DNA from: Polyangiales bacterium | GTDB taxonomy: Bacteria; Myxococcota_A; Polyangia; Polyangiales; JADJQN01 | Reading direction: 5' to 3' | DNA length: 64,000 bases | Assembly (NCBI GenBank): GCA_964202905.1 | Contig: CAXNJO010000003.1 | Location: forward strand, 64,001 to 128,000 | In this document: positions 30,624 through 39,572 of the stretch, piece after piece | How the letters are laid out: every line of letters starts with the position of its first letter | Numbering within the stretch: the stretch's first letter is position 1 | Program-made: the position numbers and the translations under genes | The notes under the pieces: model-generated | What the model saw: the letters and a program-made list of their open reading frames with translations, nothing else | The model's database searches: none | What the model was told of the DNA's origin: nothing

Positions 30624-32249
30624 TTACGGGCAGCGCGGCGGAGACGCACGCCGCCGCCCCACGCGACGGAGAGCAACCACGCACCCGACCCACGCGACGG
30701 CGGCGAGCCAGCCGAAGCCCCACGAAGGCCGCGCGCGCACGACCGCACAGCCGCTCGGCGCGGGCGGTGGCCTGCGAAGCCCCGGGCCACCATCCACGGC
30801 CACGCCGCCCTCGGGCGCGCCCCCCTCCGGCACGCCGCCATCGCCTCCGATCTCGAGATTCGGGTCGGATTCCTCCGACATCGTGCCCGGCGGCGGCGCC
30901 TCCCCGCAGCGCGCCCCATCCGGCGTCGCGGTGCAGGGCGCGCCGGGCGGACACGCACGCGCGCCGACCGGGACACCGTCCGCGTTGCAGTGCGCAATCT
31001 GCCCATCGAGCAGGCAGATGTCGCGCTCGACGGGGACGTCGCTCGCGCTCGCGACGCAGAACGCCGACACGCAGCGCGCAGCGCTCGCGCCCGCCGTCGA
31101 GCAGTACGCCGCGAACGCGCTGCAATCACCGGTCGTGATCGCGCCGTTCCGGCATGTGCCGATCGTGCGCTCATCGAGGCAGATGGTGGTCTCCCCCGCA
31201 GCCGGGCACGCATAGAACGCGCAGCGCGCGCCGAGCCCGTCCGAGACACAGCGCGCCCCGAACGCTCCGCAATCGCCCGTCGTGATCGATCCATCGCGAC
31301 ACGTCCCGAGCCGCCGGTCGTCGAGACAGACCGTCGCCTCGCCGCTGGCGGGACATGCGTAGAACACGCAGCGCGCACCGAGCGCGTCGTCGACACAGCG
31401 CGCGCCATACGCGCTGCAATCCCCACGCGACACGGCGCCGTCGTTGCACGTGCCGATCGTGCGCTCGTCGAAGCAGAAGGTGTCGTGCCCGCGATCCGGA
31501 CAGAACGCGAACGCGCAGCGGACCCCAAGCGAATCGTCGACGCAACGCGACGCGAAGGCCGCGCAGTCTCCACGCCCGCAGTCCCTGCTGACGAGGGTGC
31601 TGCCCTCGCAGGCCGGCACACAGCCACCGCAGGGCCCGCCGCCGGGGCCGCCGCCCCACCACTCCCAGTGCCAGTCCTCGCTCGGCACGGTGCGCGAGAA
31701 GCCGAAACGCGCCCCGTTCGCGTTCAACCAGCGGAGCACGCCCGGCGCGCGGGTGTTGAGGTCAAGCGCGTGCCCGCTCTGGTGATTGGAGTAGCCCGGT
31801 CGCGCGGCGAGCGCGCAGCCATTGCACGAGCAGCTCGTGTAGCAGCCGTAGAGGTACTCCTGCTGCGCCATCGTGCGAAAGCCGGAGACGACGCGGATCT
31901 CCACGCCATCGCGCGCCGCCGCGCTCGCCATCACGTAGTACGCGTTCGCCGTGTCGATCTCGACCGGGCGCCCGTCGATGGTGACGACCCGGATGTCGAA
32001 GGGCGTGCCGCGGGTGTAGCCGCGGTCGCTTCGCTCACTGCACGAGATGCTCGAGAGCGAATCGACGGAGGCCGCCACCTCGTCTGGTTCGGCCTCTTCC
32101 TCGACGACGTCGGACACGTCGAAGGGCGCACAGCCCGACGCGACGGCGAGCAGCGTCGCCGTCATGAGCGAGACGCGCACGGCCAGTGCGGACTCCACGA
32201 CGCGAGACGCCCACGAAGGAGAAACGGGAGACGAGAAGACCGCGCGCAT
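30624..32249 (-). CDS. M15B (VanY-like) D,D-carboxypeptidase domain + Cys-rich repeats + MYXO-CTERM-like tail
   Basis: SGFRT..Q, ARPGYSNHQSGHALD, WL..N..RFGF, EDWHW; lipobox VASGC; C-terminal SGCAV..TM..RRR. Start uncertain. Confidence 0.85.
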   Translation of the reverse strand: MRAVFSSPVSPSWASRVVESALAVRVSLMTATLLAVASGCAPFDVSDVVEEEAEPDEVAASVDSLSSISCSERSDRGYTRGTPFDIRVVTIDGRPVEIDTANAYYVMASAAARDGVEIRVVSGFRTMAQQEYLYGCYTSCSCNGCALAARPGYSNHQSGHALDLNTRAPGVLRWLNANGARFGFSRTVPSEDWHWEWWGGGPGGGPCGGCVPACEGSTLVSRDCGRGDCAAFASRCVDDSLGVRCAFAFCPDRGHDTFCFDERTIGTCNDGAVSRGDCSAYGARCVDDALGARCVFYACPASGEATVCLDDRRLGTCRDGSITTGDCGAFGARCVSDGLGARCAFYACPAAGETTICLDERTIGTCRNGAITTGDCSAFAAYCSTAGASAARCVSAFCVASASDVPVERDICLLDGQIAHCNADGVPVGARACPPGAPCTATPDGARCGEAPPPGTMSEESDPNLEIGGDGGVPEGGAPEGGVAVDGGPGLRRPPPAPSGCAVVRARPSWGFGWLAAVAWVGCVVALRRVGRRRASPPRCP

Positions 32250-32432
32250 GCCCGCGATAGAGCAATAGACGCGCCACGCTCTGCAAGCCCCCATCACCCG
32301 ACGAACGGCGCCCAAGCGCCCACGCACTGACGACCACGACCCCCACCCGCGCGTCTCCTCGCGCGACGATCCGGGTTCAGGCGACCCCAGCGCAACCGCG
32401 CACGCGTCTGGGTCAACGACCCACCCGCGCGC

Positions 32433-33677
32433 TCAGGGCACACCGAGGAGCGTGCAGCCCGCGAGGTCGCCGTCCTGGATCCGCGCGACGATCCGCGTGG
32501 TGCCGCCGGAGAACACCGCGCCGTAGGAGTTGTCGCCCGCGCCGAACTCGATCGTGACGACGCGGGTGCGGGTCGCGCGCTCGACCAGCTCGACGCGGTT
32601 CACCAGCTGCTCGTCGACGATCGCGAGCGCGGCCGCGACATCGCGCACCTCCGGATAGGTCGTGCGCACGGCGGCCAGGACTTGCGAGCGCTGCGCGGTG
32701 GTGAGGCCGGTGGTCGCCGCCGTGATCGTCCGCGACGAGACCACCTCGAACGCCGGGTTCGCCACCAACTCGTTGTAGGTGGTGCCGAGCCGGCAGCTCG
32801 CGGGGGCGACCGTACACGCGACGAGGTCGCCGTCGTGGATCGCCGCGACGCGGGTGCTCGTCGCGTCGGCGAAGATCGCGCCGTAGGAGCTGCCTCCGAC
32901 GCCGTACTCGAGCAGCGCGAACGCGCGGCCCGAGGTCTCTTCCCAGAGTCGGAGGTAGCGGATGCGGCGGTCATCGACGACCGCGAGCGCCTGCTCGGCG
33001 GTGGCCACGTCGGTGTACGACGACTCGCGGACCGCGAGCACGACCTGGTCGCGGAGGAACGGAGGCACGGTGTCGTCGATCGCGGTGATCGCACCCTCGG
33101 CAGCGATGCGGACCGACCCCGCGAGGATGTCCGAGAAGGTGCTGCCGAACAGACACGCCGGCCCCGGCATCACCGGCGGCGGACACCCCGCACCGGAGCA
33201 CGTCGTCACCAGGTCGAAACGCCCCGTGACGCTGCGGTCGTAGCCCTTGACGAGCACGCGATATCGGCCCGCCGTGAGGCTGCGCGTGAGCAGCGAGAGG
33301 ACCGTGCCCGGCGCGTCGTCGTTGCGCGCGATGGAGTTACCCCAGCGACCGGACGTCTCGCGGTAGAGATAGACGACGGTGTCGGGGGTCGGCACGGCCG
33401 AGGACGCCGTGCGGAGCGCGACCATCGCGTCCGCGGGCACCTCGAAGGTCCACGCGTGGTAGGACGCCGCTGCGGCCAGGACCGCGGTGTCCGTCGTACC
33501 GAGGACGATCACGCCGTGGTCGGTCGGTCGGCGGAACGAGTCCGCAGCGCCATCGAGCACATCGATGTCGGTGGGCACATCGCCCTCCTCCCCTTTGGCG
33601 ATCTCGCTCTCGAGGGCGCAGCCCCCCATGGCGAAGCAGATGGCGATGGCGAGTGCGAGCGGCATCCGAGTGTGCAT
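32433..33677 (-). CDS. Lipoprotein with PPC-like domain and duplicated C-terminal domain
   Basis: Lipobox AMGGC; DTVVYLY..ARNDD..LTAGRYRV; repeated EYGVGGSSYGAIF..IHDGDLVAC / EFGAGDNSYGAVF..IQDGDLAGC. Start may be ATG 33665. Confidence 0.75.
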   Translation of the reverse strand: MHTRMPLALAIAICFAMGGCALESEIAKGEEGDVPTDIDVLDGAADSFRRPTDHGVIVLGTTDTAVLAAAASYHAWTFEVPADAMVALRTASSAVPTPDTVVYLYRETSGRWGNSIARNDDAPGTVLSLLTRSLTAGRYRVLVKGYDRSVTGRFDLVTTCSGAGCPPPVMPGPACLFGSTFSDILAGSVRIAAEGAITAIDDTVPPFLRDQVVLAVRESSYTDVATAEQALAVVDDRRIRYLRLWEETSGRAFALLEYGVGGSSYGAIFADATSTRVAAIHDGDLVACTVAPASCRLGTTYNELVANPAFEVVSSRTITAATTGLTTAQRSQVLAAVRTTYPEVRDVAAALAIVDEQLVNRVELVERATRTRVVTIEFGAGDNSYGAVFSGGTTRIVARIQDGDLAGCTLLGVP

Positions 33678-33689
33678 GGCAGCGCCCTA

Positions 33690-33705
33690 AGCAAGCCCGG
33701 TGCCA
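33690..33705 (-). promoter_or_regulatory. Sigma-54 -24/-12 promoter
   Basis: Minus strand TGGCAC-CGGGC-TTGCT with exact GG-N10-GC spacing, just upstream of the lipoprotein gene. Confidence 0.65.
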
Positions 33706-33856
33706 GACACACAAAACGCGATCCCCAAGGGATTTCCAGCGTCGCTCACCGGCACGCCGCACCATCCACCGGCCACGGGAGTCGCCACCTCCGCGCGCGA
33801 CGCGACGCGCGGCAGCCGGGCCCGCCCCGCGCGATCACCCCGCGTTCACCGCGCGT

Positions 33857-35326
33857 TCACGCTGCGAACCAGAGCGGCGGCGGCACCCACCCGCCGTGGG
33901 CCTCTTCGAGCACCCGCGCGACGGCGAGCGGGAGCGCGTCGCGCCCCCGCGGCCCGACGACCTGCACGCCGAGCGGCAGCCCGCGCGCGTCGAGGCCCAT
34001 CGGCACCGCGGTCGAGGGCGTCTCGAGCACGTTGAAGATCGCGGTGTAACCCCAGCGCAGCGGCGGCAGGAGCGCGTGCCCGTGCCGCGTGACGACGCGC
34101 GCATGCGGCGGAAACGGCATCACGCCCTGCTCGCCGAGCGCCTCGTCCAGCTCCGCGCGGAGCGCGCGGCCGAGCGCGACGTACCGCGCCGAGCCGCTGC
34201 CGAGCAGCTTCGGAACGTTCTCCAGCAACGCGAGCGCGATCGCCGGCAGCGTGTAGGGCGAGCGCCGCACGGCCCAGCGCGCGAGCTCGCGTCCACCCGA
34301 GACCGCGAGCCCGTTCCCGAGCAGCTCCGCGAACGTGTGCCCACCCGCGGCCTCCATCATCGCGGACCAAATTTGCAATCCCTCGCGCAACGCCGGCAAC
34401 GCCACCTTCTTCACGCGCGCGCCGCGCCGCGCGAGCGTGGCGATGGCCTTCTCGCGCGCGGCCTCGAGGTCGTCGCTCGCCGCGATCGCGATGGGCTCAC
34501 GCACGTCGAGCACCGTGAGCCGCGCGACATCGATCTCGCGCTCGTCGCCCCAATCCATCGCGACGCCGTCGCGCCCGTCCGGGCCCGCGAGGATGCGCAG
34601 CAGCGGCCCGAGATCCTCCGCGCGCCGCGCGAGCGGACCCGTCGTGAGGTAGCGCAGCGCCTCGTTCTCGGCGCTCGGATACTGCCCCGTCGCGGGCACG
34701 AGCCCGCCCGTCGGCTTGTGGCCGAAGACCCCGTTGAAGAACGCCGGAATGCGGATCGAGCCGCCGACGTCGGCGCCGAGCCCGAAGGGCACGCCGCCCG
34801 CGCCGACCGCCGCGCCCTCGCCCCCCGACGAGCCGCCGCAGGTGCGCGCCGCGTCGTACGCGCAGCTCGTGCGCCCGTACACGCGGTTGTCGGACTCCAT
34901 CCACATGCACAGCTCGGAGACGTTGGTGAGCCCGATCGGGATGGCCCCCGCCGCGCGCAACCGCGCCACCGTGGTCGCGTCCTCGGCGGCGAGCGTGCGC
35001 GCCCGCGCGACGAGCCCGGACGACTGCGGCAGCCCCCCGAAACCCATCGATTCCTTGATCGTGCAGGGCACGCCCAGCAGCGGCGGCAGCGCCTCGTCCG
35101 CGCCCGCCCGCGCGAGTCGCACATCGGCCGCATCCGCCTCGGCGCGCGCCTCGTCGAAGCGCCGCACGACGACGGCGTTCAGCACCCCGTTGAAGCGCTC
35201 GACGTGCGCGAGGTGCGCCTCGAGCACCTCACGCGCGCTCACCTGCCGCGCGCGGATGCGGCGCGCGAGCTCGAGCGCAGAGAGCATGAGCAGCGGGCTC
35301 GGGGCAGCGGCAGGCGGCGTCGGCAT
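33857..35326 (-). CDS. Amidase signature family enzyme
   Basis: PLLGVPCTIKE, GGSSGGEG, GADVGGSIRIPA..G.FGHKPT. Confidence 0.93.
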   Translation of the reverse strand: MPTPPAAAPSPLLMLSALELARRIRARQVSAREVLEAHLAHVERFNGVLNAVVVRRFDEARAEADAADVRLARAGADEALPPLLGVPCTIKESMGFGGLPQSSGLVARARTLAAEDATTVARLRAAGAIPIGLTNVSELCMWMESDNRVYGRTSCAYDAARTCGGSSGGEGAAVGAGGVPFGLGADVGGSIRIPAFFNGVFGHKPTGGLVPATGQYPSAENEALRYLTTGPLARRAEDLGPLLRILAGPDGRDGVAMDWGDEREIDVARLTVLDVREPIAIAASDDLEAAREKAIATLARRGARVKKVALPALREGLQIWSAMMEAAGGHTFAELLGNGLAVSGGRELARWAVRRSPYTLPAIALALLENVPKLLGSGSARYVALGRALRAELDEALGEQGVMPFPPHARVVTRHGHALLPPLRWGYTAIFNVLETPSTAVPMGLDARGLPLGVQVVGPRGRDALPLAVARVLEEAHGGWVPPPLWFAA

Positions 35327-35411
35327 GCGCGTGAGTCTCGCATGGCCCTTGCGTTCGGATGGGTGAATCTCGTTCAATAGCGGCACGACCCTGCCCGGTC
35401 GCGGAGCCCCC

Positions 35412-36644
35412 ATGTCCCTTCGATCTGCTCGTTTCGCCTCGTCCCTTTTCCGCTCGGCCGCGCTCACGCTCGCCCTCCCGCTCGGCGCGCTCGCCGCCTG
35501 CGGCGACGACGGCGGCGACCCACCCGCGATGCCCGGCGACGGCGGCACGCCCGACGCAGGCGCCTTCGTCTCCGCGAACTCGCCGCGCGAGGGCTACCGC
35601 CGCTGGATCAAGATCGAGCCGCCCGGCGCCGTGTGCTCCGATGGCAGCCAATACAAGTTCTTCGTCAACTTCTCCACGTCGAGCGACAACCTGCTCATCG
35701 ACTACGAGCCGGGCGGCGCATGTTGGGATTATCCGAGCTGCTCCGGGCAGACGGGCATCATGGGCGCGGCGAATCCCAACGGCATTCCCGACGATCACAT
35801 GAACTTCTGGGGGATCGCCTCACCGCTGCTGCGCCGCTCGCGCTCGCTCAACCCCGCCGCCGACTGGAACATGATCTTCATGCCGTATTGCACGGGCGAT
35901 GTGCACACCGGCAACAACGACATCACGTACACCGACGAGACCGGCGCGAATCCCCCGCTCCTCTTCCGGCACCGCGGCCACGACAACACGATGAAGGCGA
36001 TCGACTGGATCGACGAGAACTTCCCCGTGATCCCGCGGATGTTCGTGACCGGCTGCAGCGCAGGTGGCGTCGGTTCGCAGGTCAACTACTACTTCCTGCG
36101 CGCGGGCCTGTCGCAAGCACAGCATGGGTATCTCCTCAACGACTCCGGCCCCGTGTTCCCGGAGGGTGGCTATTCGGATCGGCTCCACACGAAGATCCGC
36201 GAGTCGTGGAACGTCGATCCCATCCTCGACAGCCTGCCCGCGGGCTTCGACGTCACGGACTTCGGCTCCATCAACACGCTGCTCGCCGACCAGTTCCCAA
36301 ATGATCGCCTCGCAGTGACCTTCTTCCGGCGCGACTACAACTTCAGCGTCTACAGCTACCGCCGCTTCTACACGCCCGAGCCCACGAAGGACGAGATCCA
36401 CGCGATGTTCTGGGCGGACACGCAGAGCCTCATCGCGCAGTACGACTCGCGCGAGAACCTCGGCTACTACATCCCGTATTTCCGCGAGTTCAACGACTCG
36501 CACTGCACGAGCGTCCTCGGCTACGGCGGCACAGACATCGCCGAGAGCAGCGTCGATCTGCTCGCGTACATCCAGAACCTGCTCGACGACTCCGTCCCAC
36601 TGCAGAGCTACCTCGAGAGCCCCCAACCGGGCGAAGACCTCTGA
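35412..36644 (+). CDS. Pectin acetylesterase/Notum-like lipoprotein hydrolase
   Basis: Lipobox ALAAC; CSDGS, GGACW, PYCTGDVH, nucleophile elbow GCSAGG. Confidence 0.85.
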   Translation: MSLRSARFASSLFRSAALTLALPLGALAACGDDGGDPPAMPGDGGTPDAGAFVSANSPREGYRRWIKIEPPGAVCSDGSQYKFFVNFSTSSDNLLIDYEPGGACWDYPSCSGQTGIMGAANPNGIPDDHMNFWGIASPLLRRSRSLNPAADWNMIFMPYCTGDVHTGNNDITYTDETGANPPLLFRHRGHDNTMKAIDWIDENFPVIPRMFVTGCSAGGVGSQVNYYFLRAGLSQAQHGYLLNDSGPVFPEGGYSDRLHTKIRESWNVDPILDSLPAGFDVTDFGSINTLLADQFPNDRLAVTFFRRDYNFSVYSYRRFYTPEPTKDEIHAMFWADTQSLIAQYDSRENLGYYIPYFREFNDSHCTSVLGYGGTDIAESSVDLLAYIQNLLDDSVPLQSYLESPQPGEDL

Positions 36645-36758
36645 GCGAATCCCGCGCTCACGCGGAGCGAATCGCCCGGTCGAAATCCCACGCTCGACCG
36701 GGAGACGCGAGTGCGCAAGACGGTCGACATGTTGCTCGCGAGCGTCTCGCCTTGCCCC

Positions 36759-37688
36759 ATGAAGACGTGGATGCGTCTCACGCTGTGCGTCGCGCTCGCC
36801 GCGTGCAGCGCGCGCGCGGTCGCACCGCGTCCCGACGCGGGGAGCGCGACCGACGCCGCTTCCGATGCACGCGTCGAACCCGCAGACGGCGGCGAGCCGA
36901 GCGACGCAGCCCTCGACGGACGAATGTCCGAGTGCACCCCGGGCGCGACGTTCTGCCGGCGCGGTGAAGTGTCGACCTGCGGCCCCGACGCACGCAGCGC
37001 GTCCATGACACCGAGCCCCGCGGGGCAGGCCTGCGCAGACGGGCGCTGCGCCGACGCCTACGACGTCGAGGCGCTCGGCACCACCTACCGCCGCTGCACC
37101 TTCCGCGCGACCTCGCCCGCCGCCATCGTCACCGGCCACGGCGGCCCGCGCCTCCCGGAGCTTGGTTTCGGCTTCCACAACCCGGGCAGCGAGCCCAGCA
37201 ACATCACCATCACGGGAGGCGGTCTCAGCGGCCCCGTCACGGCGACCCTCGCGCCGGACACGAGCACCTTCCTCACCGTCCCGCTCCTCCAGGGCGTCTT
37301 CGACCGCCCCGCCTACGGCGTCTCGCCGACGGTGTTGGCGCGCGCCACGGCGAGCAACCGCATTCGCGCCACGCGGCCCGTCGCGATGTACCAGTTCAGC
37401 CCTGATTACGGACTCTCGCTCGATGACGCGCGCAGTCTCATGAAGTCCGACGCGACGGTGCTCTTCCCCACGCACGCCTGGGGCACCGAATACGTCGCCG
37501 CGACGATGGCCCCTTCGTGCAGCACCCCTCCCTGCGGCCCCGAAGAGATGACCTTCCTCCCGCTCGACGGCACCGCCGCCGCGCACCGCGCCACGGGCAC
37601 GGTCGGCTTCGCGCTGCTCGTCTACGGCCAGGCCGCCGGCGCGAGCTACTGGTACACGGCGGGCCTCGACGCCTTCCTCCTCTACTGA
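36759..37688 (+). CDS. Lipoprotein with shortened IgGFc-binding-like domain
   Basis: Lipobox ALAAC; SDATVLFPTHAWGTEY and terminal LLVYG..SYWYTAG. Confidence 0.55.
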   Translation: MKTWMRLTLCVALAACSARAVAPRPDAGSATDAASDARVEPADGGEPSDAALDGRMSECTPGATFCRRGEVSTCGPDARSASMTPSPAGQACADGRCADAYDVEALGTTYRRCTFRATSPAAIVTGHGGPRLPELGFGFHNPGSEPSNITITGGGLSGPVTATLAPDTSTFLTVPLLQGVFDRPAYGVSPTVLARATASNRIRATRPVAMYQFSPDYGLSLDDARSLMKSDATVLFPTHAWGTEYVAATMAPSCSTPPCGPEEMTFLPLDGTAAAHRATGTVGFALLVYGQAAGASYWYTAGLDAFLLY

Positions 37689-37711
37689 CGCGGCTGCTAC
37701 GCTCGGGGGCC

Positions 37712-38290
37712 GTGTCCCTCCGCCCCACGCTCGTCCTCGTCGCCCTGCTCCTGCTCCCCGCGTGCGACGCGCCCGCGGTCGCGCCCATCACGGCCGAGCC
37801 GGCCGCGCAGCCCGACACCGCAGCGCAGCCCGACACCGCACCCCGCCCGGATCAGCCCGCGCGCCCGGGCGAAGCGCGCGCCGCCGCACCGACGGCCGAA
37901 GACGCCGAGTGGAACGGCGACGAGATCCGCTGGCTCGACTACGACACCGGTCTCGCCCGCGCCCGCGCCGAAGGCAAACCCATCTGCCTCGTGTTGCACG
38001 CGTCGTGGTGCCCGCACTGCCACACCTACGCACGCATCTTCTCCGACCCGCGCGTCGTCGCCGAGTCCCGCCGCCTCGTGATGGTGCGCGTCGACGTCGA
38101 CCGCCATTCCGCCGTCGCCAGCCGCTTCGCCCTCGACGGCACCTACGTCCCGCGCACCTATTTCCTGCGCTCGGACGGCACCGTCCTCGACCGCATCGAC
38201 GCCCACCGCGAGCGCTACCGCTACTTCTTCAACGAAAGCGACCCCGCCTCCATCCTCGGCGGCATGGCCGCGGCGCTCAGCCCGGGGTGA
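37712..38290 (+). CDS. Thioredoxin-family lipoprotein
   Basis: GTG start; lipobox LLPAC; WCPHC; YVPRT cis-Pro loop. Confidence 0.88.
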   Translation: MSLRPTLVLVALLLLPACDAPAVAPITAEPAAQPDTAAQPDTAPRPDQPARPGEARAAAPTAEDAEWNGDEIRWLDYDTGLARARAEGKPICLVLHASWCPHCHTYARIFSDPRVVAESRRLVMVRVDVDRHSAVASRFALDGTYVPRTYFLRSDGTVLDRIDAHRERYRYFFNESDPASILGGMAAALSPG

Positions 38291-38324
38291 TGGTTCATTT
38301 TCGACATCGCCCCGACCGTTGCCA

Positions 38325-38347
38325 AATCTAGCCAGTCTAGCTAGATT
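38325..38347. promoter_or_regulatory. Probable TA operator palindrome
   Basis: aatctag-ccagtctag-ctagatt, 6 bp before the antitoxin ATG. Confidence 0.55.
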
Positions 38348-38353
38348 CGCGAC

Positions 38354-38608
38354 ATGACCCGTCGCGCCTGGCAGATCCAGCAGGTCAAAGACCACTTGAG
38401 CGAGGTCGTCGATCTCGCGGTCTCGGAAGGCCCTCAGACGATCACGCGACACGGACGCAAGGTCGCGGTGATCATCTCGGTCGCGGACTTCGAGCGCGAA
38501 CAGCGTGCGGGTGCGCGCGGCACCGTGCTGCCCTTCCTCCGCACACTGCGTCTCGGCGAGCTCGACCTCACGCGTGCACGCGACCTCGACCGCGATGTGG
38601 ACCTCTGA
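38354..38608 (+). CDS. Phd/YefM family antitoxin
   Basis: WQIQQVKDHLSEVVD..GPQTITRHG..VAVIIS. Confidence 0.92.
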   Translation: MTRRAWQIQQVKDHLSEVVDLAVSEGPQTITRHGRKVAVIISVADFEREQRAGARGTVLPFLRTLRLGELDLTRARDLDRDVDL

Positions 38609-38611
38609 CGC

Positions 38612-39031
38612 GTGGCGTATCTGATCGACACCTGCACGCTCTCCGAGGTCTGGAAGCCAGCCCCCGACGCCGGCGTCCTCGCCTGGTTCGCAGACTCGCT
38701 CGAACATGAGCTCTTCCTCAGCGTCCTCACCCTGGGTGAGCTGAAGAAGGGGATCGAAGCCCTCCCGAAAGGGAAGAAGCGCGAGCGTCTGCTCACTCAT
38801 TACACCGCCCTCCGAGACCGATTCGGGCCAAGGACCCTGACCGTCGATACCCACGTGGCGGAGCGCTGGGGAACGCTCTCCGCCGCCCTCGCCCGCAAGG
38901 GTCAGTCCCTTCACGTCGTCGACGGGCTCCTCGCGGCCACCGCCCTCGTCGCCGGCTTCACGCTGGTCACCCGCAATGTCCGTGACTTCCACATGACCCG
39001 CGTCCCGCTCCTGAATCCATTCTCCCGCTGA
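38612..39031 (+). CDS. vapC: VapC-family PIN toxin
   Basis: YLIDTCTLSE, SVLTLGEL, DGLLAATA, LVTRNVRDF, NPF. Confidence 0.93.
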   Translation: MAYLIDTCTLSEVWKPAPDAGVLAWFADSLEHELFLSVLTLGELKKGIEALPKGKKRERLLTHYTALRDRFGPRTLTVDTHVAERWGTLSAALARKGQSLHVVDGLLAATALVAGFTLVTRNVRDFHMTRVPLLNPFSR

Positions 39032-39139
39032 CCGCGCCGCGCGCCCCGTCAGCGCCGCTTCTCCCGCGCGCGGGGCCGAACAGGTTGCGCATCGTCGTCG
39101 GCCACGAGCGTCGGGACCGACGGTAGCCGCGCGTCCCGC

Positions 39140-39409
39140 TCATCGACTCTCCTTCTTCTGCGGCCCGAACAGCGTCGCGAGGTTCTGCAACGCGTCGGTG
39201 AGCGGGACGACCTCGATGACGGAGTCGTGCAGGCGATGATTGCCCGTATCGAAGAGCCAGGCCTTCGCCATCGGATACTCGCGTCGGGAGAGGCGGAGGC
39301 TCGCCAGATCCTCGGGGCAAATGCGGCTGCTCGACGTGACCTCGATGGCATGGAGGCCGTGTTCGCCATAGCAGATGAAATCCATTTCTTCGCCACGCGC
39401 CACGCGCAT
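39140..39409 (-). pseudogene. C-terminal remnant of an AAA+/DUF4143-type ATP-binding protein
   Basis: EMDFI.YG..LHAIEV.SS.R...DL..L resembles the nuclease-like C-terminus; no upstream ATPase. Confidence 0.55.
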
Positions 39410-39572
39410 CTCGGCCCGCACGCTTTCGCCTCGCCGAGGCGAAATTGCACACATTTTTCGCCTCAGCGCCGCGAATCTGCACACGCGCGCACGGCACGCA
39501 CAGTGCGCCAATCGCCTGTGAATTGAGGGCGATCCGCGATTCAGCCACGCCCGCGCAGCACGCGGCCCGGCG

